Positions 57,892-64,000 of a stretch of 64,000 nt of DNA are shown here, in pieces. The position numbers were made by a program, and so were the translations under genes. Below the pieces are notes generated by a model, which saw only the letters and a program-made list of their open reading frames with translations, was not told the origin of the DNA and made no database searches. Source of the stretch: Vicinamibacterales bacterium (GTDB lineage Bacteria; Acidobacteriota; Vicinamibacteria; Vicinamibacterales; Vicinamibacteraceae); contig CAWJAP010000024.1 of NCBI GenBank assembly GCA_963840865.1, positions 40,862-104,861 on the forward strand. The letters run 5' to 3'. Numbering within the stretch: the first letter of the stretch is position 1; each line of letters begins with the position of its first letter.

Positions 57892-57900
57892 GGAGCGTTC

Positions 57901-57977
57901 GGTCAGTCGGTCAGTCAGTCAGTTCCAGTTCAGAGCTGACAGACTGAAAGACTGGCAGACTGACGGACTTCAGCCGT
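57901..57977. repeat. low-complexity GTCAGTC-type imperfect palindrome after the permease gene
   Basis: GGTCAGTCGGTCAGTCAGTCAGTT ... CTGACAGACTGAAAGACTGGCAGACTGACGGAC. The arms pair imperfectly. Confidence 0.55.
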
Positions 57978-58225
57978 CACGATTCACCGACTCGCTGCAG
58001 CGGTCCCTTTCGCGGGCCGTAGTGCGACTCGAGCACGAGCGCGGCGGCTTCGACCGCACCGCTTTCGGAGTTCGAACGGGCGGAGGTCTTCCCGCCGCGC
58101 CGACGCTGAACCGGTGTCGGCACACCACCCTCGACGACATGGGGGACGGCTTCGTAAACACCACCGCTTTCGATGACCTCGATACGCCCGGCCGTCTCGC
58201 CGAACGTGCCTTCGTAATACGCCAT
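57977..58225 (-). CDS. small hypothetical protein
   Basis: 82-aa ORF MAYYEGTFGETAGRIEVIESGG... with GGAG 7 nt upstream of the ATG. Mostly G/C-ending codons. Confidence 0.3.
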   Translation of the reverse strand: MAYYEGTFGETAGRIEVIESGGVYEAVPHVVEGGVPTPVQRRRGGKTSARSNSESGAVEAAALVLESHYGPRKGPLQRVGES

Positions 58226-58416
58226 CTCGTCGCTCCGGATCTGAGGCCTCGGCTGCGAACGTGGGAAGCCTCGAGCCCATTCACGGCCTCCTCAGCGCTG
58301 CTCCTCCCCATCGCCGCGCGTCTGGTCACGCCGTCGGCGCCGCGCTGCCGGCCACCATTTAGAGTAACCGGGCCGCTCCGCGTCGGATCCGTCACGCGGT
58401 GGAAGAGAGGTGAATC

Positions 58417-59556
58417 GTGGGACGCATCGTGCGACTCGTTGTCGTGCTGGTCGCGATGGCAGCCGCGGCAGCCCGGGCACAGTCGGTGACGCTGCCGCCG
58501 AACGGAGACAACCAGCGGGCCGAAGTGAGCCAGCAGATCGGTCTCGTCCGCGTCAGCATTGCGTACAGCAGCCCGGACGTGCACGGGCCGAACGGCGAGG
58601 ACCGCCGCGGGAAGATCTGGGGTGGGCTCGTGCCCGACGGCATCCACGACCTCGGCTTCAACAACCGCAAGGGCCCCTGGCGTGCCGGGGCCAACGAGAA
58701 CACGGTCTTCACCGTGTCGCACCCGGTCAAGATCGAAGGACAGCCGCTGCCGGCTGGTCGCTACGGGCTCCACATGCTGGCTGGCGAGCCGCAGTGGACG
58801 CTCATCTTCTCGAAGAACTCCACGTCGTGGGGCAGCTTCAGCTACGACGAGGCTGAAGACGCGCTGCGCGTCAAGGTGACGCCGCAGAAGGCGCCGTTTC
58901 GCGAATGGCTCACCTACGACGTGCTCGACCGCCACCCGGATCGCGCCACCGTCGCGCTCGAGTGGGAGGAGCTGCGGGTGCCGTTCACCATCACCGTCGA
59001 CGACATGCCGGCGCTCTACATCGAGAACCTGCGGAACGAGCTTCGCAGCGAGAAGGGATTCCAGTGGCAGAACTGGAATGCCGCCGCGCGGTACTGTCTG
59101 AATCAGGACCGCAACCTGGACGAGGCGTTGCGGTGGGCGGAGAACGCCATCGGGCTGCAGTTCGTCGGCCAGACCAACTTCGCCACACTCTCGACCAAGG
59201 CGGAGCTGCTCGAGAAGTTGAAGCGAACGAGCGAAGCCGACGCCGTCATGGCGACCGCGCTCGATCTGCCCGGAGCAACGCCCGTCGAGATTCACCAGTA
59301 CGGACGGCGGCGGCTGACGCAGGGGAAGACGAAGGAGGCGCTCGCGGTCTTCCAGAAGAACGCCGCCCGGTTCCCGGGCGTCTGGCCGGTGCACGTCGGG
59401 CTCGCGCGCGGCTATTCGGCGGTGGGCGACTACAAGGCAGCGCTGAAGCACGCCGAGCTCGCCCTCGGCCAGGCTCCAGATCCGCTCAACAAGAAGAGCC
59501 TCGAAGACGCCGTCACGCGTCTGAAGCAGAACCAGGATATGAACGCGACGCGTTGA
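58417..59556 (+). CDS. exported DUF2911 domain protein with C-terminal TPR-like region
   Basis: GTG start with a purine-rich SD. SQQIGLVRVSIAYSSPDVHG, WRAGANENTVFTVSHPVKIEG, GRYGLHMLAG...WTLIFSKN. Confidence 0.7.
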   Translation: MGRIVRLVVVLVAMAAAAARAQSVTLPPNGDNQRAEVSQQIGLVRVSIAYSSPDVHGPNGEDRRGKIWGGLVPDGIHDLGFNNRKGPWRAGANENTVFTVSHPVKIEGQPLPAGRYGLHMLAGEPQWTLIFSKNSTSWGSFSYDEAEDALRVKVTPQKAPFREWLTYDVLDRHPDRATVALEWEELRVPFTITVDDMPALYIENLRNELRSEKGFQWQNWNAAARYCLNQDRNLDEALRWAENAIGLQFVGQTNFATLSTKAELLEKLKRTSEADAVMATALDLPGATPVEIHQYGRRRLTQGKTKEALAVFQKNAARFPGVWPVHVGLARGYSAVGDYKAALKHAELALGQAPDPLNKKSLEDAVTRLKQNQDMNATR

Positions 59557-59692
59557 GACGCGTTTCCATTACGCCCGCTTCGCTTCGCGCGCTCTTCCTC
59601 CCGCCTCCTGTGCGTGACCTCGTAGTCTCCGTGGACGGGGTTGCCCGACGTGTCTTTCGAAGGCAAGCTATGCCTGGCGAGGACGTGCGGTC

Positions 59693-60670
59693 GTGAGAAA
59701 GCCCTCAGCATCCGAGCGTAGTCGGGCAAGCCGCGACGGGGTGATTCGCTGGCTGCTCGACGGAGACCCGGCGATTCGCTGGCAGGTGATGCGCGATCTC
59801 ACCGATGCTCCGGCAGACACCGTCGCGCGTGAGCGCGGGAAGGTTGCGCGCGATGGCTGGGGCGCGCGCCTGCTTGCCGAGCAGAATCCGCGCGGTACCT
59901 GGGCGGCCGGGCAGTCGTCCGACGACGGGCTCTACTCGCCCAAGTGGATCTCGACTACCTACACGATGCTGTTGCTGCGCGACCTCGGCCTGTCGGCGAA
60001 GAGCCGGCAGGCCCGGAACCCCTGCCGGATCCTGCTCGATCGCGGGCTCCAGCGCGACGGGGGCATCAACTACGGGTGGCGGGGGGCGAGCGAGACGTGC
60101 ATCACAGGCATGATCCTGTCCGTCCTCTCGTACTTCGAGCACGATGACGATCGTCTCGACGTCATTGCCGGGCACCTGCTGGAGCAGCAGATGCCGGATG
60201 GCGGGTGGAACTGCCGGCGCGCGCGCGGCGCCACCCACGCGTCGGTGCACACGACCATCAGCGCGCTCGAGGGGTTGTGGCACTACGAGCGGCATCGTGG
60301 CCGCGGGCATCGGTCGGTGCGCGCCGCGCAGCGCCGCGGCCGTGAGTTCCTCCTGGTCCATCGCCTCTTTCGCTCGCATCGGACCGGAGAAGTCATCAAG
60401 CCCGTGTTCATCAAGTTCGCGTTCCCTCCGCGATGGCACTACGACATTCTTCGCGCGCTCGACTACTTTCGAGCGGCCGGTGCCCCTCGCGATCCGCGCC
60501 TCGCCGACGCCATCGACATCGTCCGTGACACTCGGGGAGACGAGGGACGCTGGTCGTTGCAGAACGTGTACAGGGGAAAGACCTATTTCGAGATGGAGCG
60601 GATCGGCGCGCCAAGCCGCTGGAACACGCTGCGCGCGCTCCGCGTGCTGAAGTGGTGGGACGGCCGATAG
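59693..60670 (+). CDS. prenyltransferase/squalene-cyclase-repeat-like (alpha/alpha toroid) protein
   Basis: Repeats of the D-G-G-W type: QRDGGINYGW, QMPDGGWNCR, GDEGRWSLQ. Intact 325 aa. Confidence 0.5.
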   Translation: MRKPSASERSRASRDGVIRWLLDGDPAIRWQVMRDLTDAPADTVARERGKVARDGWGARLLAEQNPRGTWAAGQSSDDGLYSPKWISTTYTMLLLRDLGLSAKSRQARNPCRILLDRGLQRDGGINYGWRGASETCITGMILSVLSYFEHDDDRLDVIAGHLLEQQMPDGGWNCRRARGATHASVHTTISALEGLWHYERHRGRGHRSVRAAQRRGREFLLVHRLFRSHRTGEVIKPVFIKFAFPPRWHYDILRALDYFRAAGAPRDPRLADAIDIVRDTRGDEGRWSLQNVYRGKTYFEMERIGAPSRWNTLRALRVLKWWDGR

Positions 60671-60676
60671 ACTCGC

Positions 60677-61585
60677 ATGATGCGCCCACTCCTCATCGCG
60701 TGTCTCCTGCTGCCTGTCATCGCGGAGGCACAGAACGTGACGCCGGCCGATCTCCTCAAAGAGGAGGTGCCGGCGGCCGAGCACCGACTCTCGTACGGCA
60801 CGAGCGAGCTTCACGTCGGTGAGTTGCGGCTGCCCGACCCGAACGCTGCCCGCCGACCATACGCCGTCGTCATGCTGGTTCATGGCGGCTGCTGGGCGCA
60901 GCAAATCGGGAAAATGGATCCGCGCGCGACGTCGCTCGACCTGCTCCGCCCGATGGCGGCCGCGCTCGCCAACGCGGGCATCGCCACGTGGAACGTCGAG
61001 TACCGTCGCGTCGGCAATCCCGGTGGCGGATGGCCCGGCACTTTCGACGACCTCGCGCAAGCCACCGACTTCCTCCGCTCATTGGCGCCCAAGCACCACC
61101 TGGACCTCGCGCGGGTCGTGGTGGCTGGCCACTCCTCGGGCGGCCATCTGGCGATGTGGATTGCCGCCCGCCCGCGGCTCGCACCCTCGAGTCCGCTCCA
61201 CACCAAGAGCCCGCTTCCCATCAAGGCGGCCGTCAACCTCGACGGCCCCGCCGACCCCGCCGCGATCCAGCCGTTCGAGAAGGACTTCTGCGGCATGCCC
61301 GCGGTCACGCAATTCCTGGGCGGCACGCCGGCGGAGCGGCCGGACCGCTACCGTGACGCATCCCCGCTGTCGGTGCTTCCTCTCGGCATCCCGCAGGAAT
61401 TCGTCGCCGGCGGGATGCTTCGGCGGATGATGGAGCAGATCACCGCCTACCAGTCGGCCGCGCGCGCGAAGGGCGATACCGTGACGATCGTCACGCTGGA
61501 GGGCGCCGGGCACTTCGACATGCTGGCACCGCGATCGCCCCACTGGAAGACGGTGGAGGAGCGATTCAAGGCGCTGGTTCGGTGA
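60677..61585 (+). CDS. exported alpha/beta hydrolase (esterase-like)
   Basis: Signal MMRPLLIACLLLPVIAEA. VMLVHGGCW oxyanion region. Nucleophile elbow VAGHSSGGHLA. Confidence 0.75.
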   Translation: MMRPLLIACLLLPVIAEAQNVTPADLLKEEVPAAEHRLSYGTSELHVGELRLPDPNAARRPYAVVMLVHGGCWAQQIGKMDPRATSLDLLRPMAAALANAGIATWNVEYRRVGNPGGGWPGTFDDLAQATDFLRSLAPKHHLDLARVVVAGHSSGGHLAMWIAARPRLAPSSPLHTKSPLPIKAAVNLDGPADPAAIQPFEKDFCGMPAVTQFLGGTPAERPDRYRDASPLSVLPLGIPQEFVAGGMLRRMMEQITAYQSAARAKGDTVTIVTLEGAGHFDMLAPRSPHWKTVEERFKALVR

Positions 61586-61651
61586 TGCCTCGAGCGAGGC
61601 TGACGCCTTGACAGCCATCCAGGGGAGGCCGACTATCGGCGTCGCCATCAG

Positions 61652-63319
61652 ATGAATCCGTACGATGCGTTCCGACGCGCGCGCGAGCAGCTCGTCGCTG
61701 CCCACGGCGACCCGGACCGGGCGCAGGCCACGTTCCGCTGGCCGGCGCTCGAGGAGTTCAACTGGGCCACCCACTGGTTCGACGAGATCGCCACGGGCAA
61801 CCAGCGAACGGCACTCCGCATCGTCAGCGACGCGGGTGTGGAGAGCCTGACGTTCGCGGAGATCGCCGAACGTTCGCGCCGCGTCGCGCGCTACCTGCGC
61901 GATGCCGGGGTGGAGCGCGGCGACCGCATCCTCGTCATGCTCACGAACGTGGCGCCGCTCTGGGAGACGATGCTGGCGGCGCTCCGGCTCGGCGCCGTCG
62001 TCATTCCAGCCACCACCCAGCTCACATCGGAAGACATCGACGATCGGATCGCGCGCGGCGGCGCGCGGCACATGATCACCGACGGACAGGGCGCCGGCAG
62101 GCTCGCGCAGCCCGGGCGGCTGAGCGTGAAGCTGGCAGTAGGCGGCGCGCCCGGATTCGCGCCGTTCGACGACGCGCGTTCCGCGCCGGCGCTCGTCGAG
62201 CGTCCCGCCACGCGCGCGAGCGATCCACTGCTTCTCTATTTCACCTCGGGGACGACGGCCAGACCCAAGCTGGTGTTGCACACGCACGCGAGCTATCCCG
62301 CCGGTCACTTGTCGACGATGTACTGGCTCGGCCTGCGCGAGGGCGACGTGCACCAGAACATCAGCTCGCCGGGATGGGCCAAACACGCCTGGTCGTGCTT
62401 CTTCGCGCCCTGGAACGCCGGCGCCACGGTGCTGGTCCATGACTCTGCCCGCTTCTCGGCGCGACGAATGCTGGAGATCCTGCGCGACCAGCGGGTGAGC
62501 ACGCTGTGTGCGCCTCCCACCGTGTGGCGCATGGTGGCGCTCGAGCCGCTCGGCGACCGCCCGGCTGCGCTGCGTGAGCTGGCGAGCGCGGGCGAGCCGC
62601 TCAATCCCGAGATCATCGAGACCGTCGAGCGCGCGTGGGGCATCACCATTCGCGACGGCTACGGCCAGACCGAGACGACGGCGCTCGTCGGCAACGCGCC
62701 CGGTCTGCCCGTGAAGCCGGGGTCGATGGGCAAGCCGCTTCCAGGGTACGACGTCGTCGTGGTCGATTCCGCCGGACGTGAGCGCGAGGAGGGCGAGGTG
62801 GCGCTCCGGCTGTCGCCGCGGCCGATGGGCCTCATGCACGGCTACATCGACCGCCCGGAGGAGTCCGCCAGTCAGACGCTCGGCGGCCTCTACCGAACCG
62901 GCGACGAAGCGCGCCGTGATGCGGACGGTTACGTGCATTTCGTCGGCCGCGGCGACGATGTGTTCAAGAGCAGTGATTATCGGATCAGTCCATTCGAGCT
63001 CGAGAGCGCGCTCCTCGAGCACGATGCGGTGGCCGAGGCGGCCGTCGTGCCCAGCCCCGATCCGCTGCGGCTCTGCGTGCCCAAGGCCTTCATCGTGCTC
63101 CGGCCGGGCGTCGACGAAAGCGCCGAGATCGCCCGCAGCATCTTCGCGTTCTGCAAGACGAAGCTGGCGCCCTACAAACGGGTCCGCCGGCTGGAGTTCG
63201 CCACGCTGCCGAAGACGATCTCGGGCAAGATCCGGCGGGTCGAGCTGCGCACGCTCGAAGCCGAGCGCCGGGCTCGAGGCGAGCGCCACGTCCGCGAGTT
63301 CTGGTCCGACGAGATGTAA
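61652..63319 (+). CDS. AMP-forming acyl-CoA synthetase (medium-chain type)
   Basis: LLYFTSGTTARPKLVLH, DGYGQTET, YRTGDEARRDADGYVHFVGRGDDVFK, PKTISGKIRR. Confidence 0.9.
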   Translation: MNPYDAFRRAREQLVAAHGDPDRAQATFRWPALEEFNWATHWFDEIATGNQRTALRIVSDAGVESLTFAEIAERSRRVARYLRDAGVERGDRILVMLTNVAPLWETMLAALRLGAVVIPATTQLTSEDIDDRIARGGARHMITDGQGAGRLAQPGRLSVKLAVGGAPGFAPFDDARSAPALVERPATRASDPLLLYFTSGTTARPKLVLHTHASYPAGHLSTMYWLGLREGDVHQNISSPGWAKHAWSCFFAPWNAGATVLVHDSARFSARRMLEILRDQRVSTLCAPPTVWRMVALEPLGDRPAALRELASAGEPLNPEIIETVERAWGITIRDGYGQTETTALVGNAPGLPVKPGSMGKPLPGYDVVVVDSAGREREEGEVALRLSPRPMGLMHGYIDRPEESASQTLGGLYRTGDEARRDADGYVHFVGRGDDVFKSSDYRISPFELESALLEHDAVAEAAVVPSPDPLRLCVPKAFIVLRPGVDESAEIARSIFAFCKTKLAPYKRVRRLEFATLPKTISGKIRRVELRTLEAERRARGERHVREFWSDEM

Positions 63320-63468
63320 CGTCCAGGCCGCCCCTCGCAGAGCTTCCGCTGGCCCGCAATCGACCGCGTACGGATTCGCGAAGACACGCGTTGTAAGGAA
63401 TGTAGGTCACCCCCTGCGGGAGAGCTGGGCTCTCTCGGACGCTCGCCCCTTACACGTAGGAGTTGCAC

Positions 63469-64000
63469 CATGAGATTCGGGCGCCGTTGTGCGTTCATGG
63501 CCCTGCTGTCGGTCGGCATCGTCGGCTGCGACAAAGACGGCCCTTCGCTGCCGACCAATCCATCACCGCCGCCAGCCACGACGACCCGGGTCATCGGGGT
63601 CACCGGGAATCTCTCGTTCGGCGACGTCATGGTCGGCGAGCGGAGGGAGGCGTCGATGGTCGTGACCAACTCGGGGAACGCGACGCTCACCGTCACCGCC
63701 ATGAACGTCACCGGTGGTCTGGAGCAGCACACGACGGCGAACTGGACCAGCGGACAGATCGCGGCCGGCGGGTCGCAGTCGGTGATGATTTCGTTCCAGC
63801 CCGTCGCGCCAGGGACCTACACCGGGACGCTGACCGTCGTCGGCGACATGACCAGCGGCACCAACACGATCGCCGTGTCCGGTAACGGCCTTCCGGCGAG
63901 CTCGTACGCCGGCCTCTGGTCGGGCAACTACATCGTCGAACAGTGCAACGGCACGGGCTCGCTCCAGGATCTGTTGTGCAGCAGCGCGCGCGGCGTGTTC
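63469..64000 (+). CDS. lipoprotein with Ig-like (choice-of-anchor/HYDIN-like) domain, 3' end outside window
   Basis: Not in the ORF track because it has no stop. ATG 63469 after TAGGAG. Hand translation MRFGRRCAFMALLSVGIVGCDKDG... (lipobox), then FGDVMVGERREASMVVTNSGNATLTV. Open to the window end. Confidence 0.55.

Noticed and set aside
1-64000. tRNA, rRNA or other canonical RNA genes
   Set aside because: Reading the intergenic regions, I found no T-loop-like GGTTCGAATCC-type boxes or rRNA-like conserved stretches. Spacers are short and mostly occupied by hairpins. A covariance-model scan (tRNAscan-SE, Infernal/Rfam) would be needed to exclude small ncRNAs or riboswitches, for example in 20150-20433 and 35950-36800.

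Overview
High-GC bacterial chromosomal segment (G+C judged by eye at about two thirds, not computed). Gene content points to Acidobacteriota: two PadR + ADOP-type (duplicated FtsX/MacB-like) permease modules, a VWFA-related acidobacterial-type protein, and PD40/TolB-like and DUF2911-type exported proteins. About 55 protein-coding genes are supportable. I saw no rRNA, tRNA or CRISPR array. Blocks: (i) 3.5-11.3 kb, a form-II cox-like molybdenum hydroxylase cluster (coxG-S-L-M-D-E, divergent xdhC) riddled with frame disruptions. (ii) 11.5-22.3 kb, peroxiredoxin, CDP-alcohol phosphatidyltransferase + GtrA/START-like fusion, GntR, MsrB, formamidase-like + MFS, Phd/VapC toxin-antitoxin, amidohydrolase + CBM9-like. 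(iii) 22.3-33.5 kb, intact genes: MmsA, DoxX/Gfo-Idh-MocA/ApbE, duplicated small exported proteins, GT2 + GT39-like pair, TPR protein. (iv) 33.7-36.7 kb, a compositional anomaly: an AT-richer PPK2 gene, an exported kinase-like protein and an IS1380-type transposase relic. (v) 37.2-42.6 kb, VWA protein, PQQ-like propeller, GrpB, ROK kinase. (vi) 42.7-51.6 kb, the most unusual part: a monohaem cytochrome c fused to an OMP-like barrel plus a pentahaem cytochrome, convergent with a BlaI/BlaR1 - B12 radical SAM - two exported proteins string. (vii) 51.6-64 kb, two back-to-back PadR-ADOP modules, DUF2911/TPR, prenyltransferase-like protein, hydrolase, acyl-CoA synthetase. Many genes carry apparent frameshifts. 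At least some are paired homopolymer-length changes, so sequence error is the leading explanation and all pseudogene calls are provisional. Functions are assigned from motifs I recognise by eye, not from database searches.
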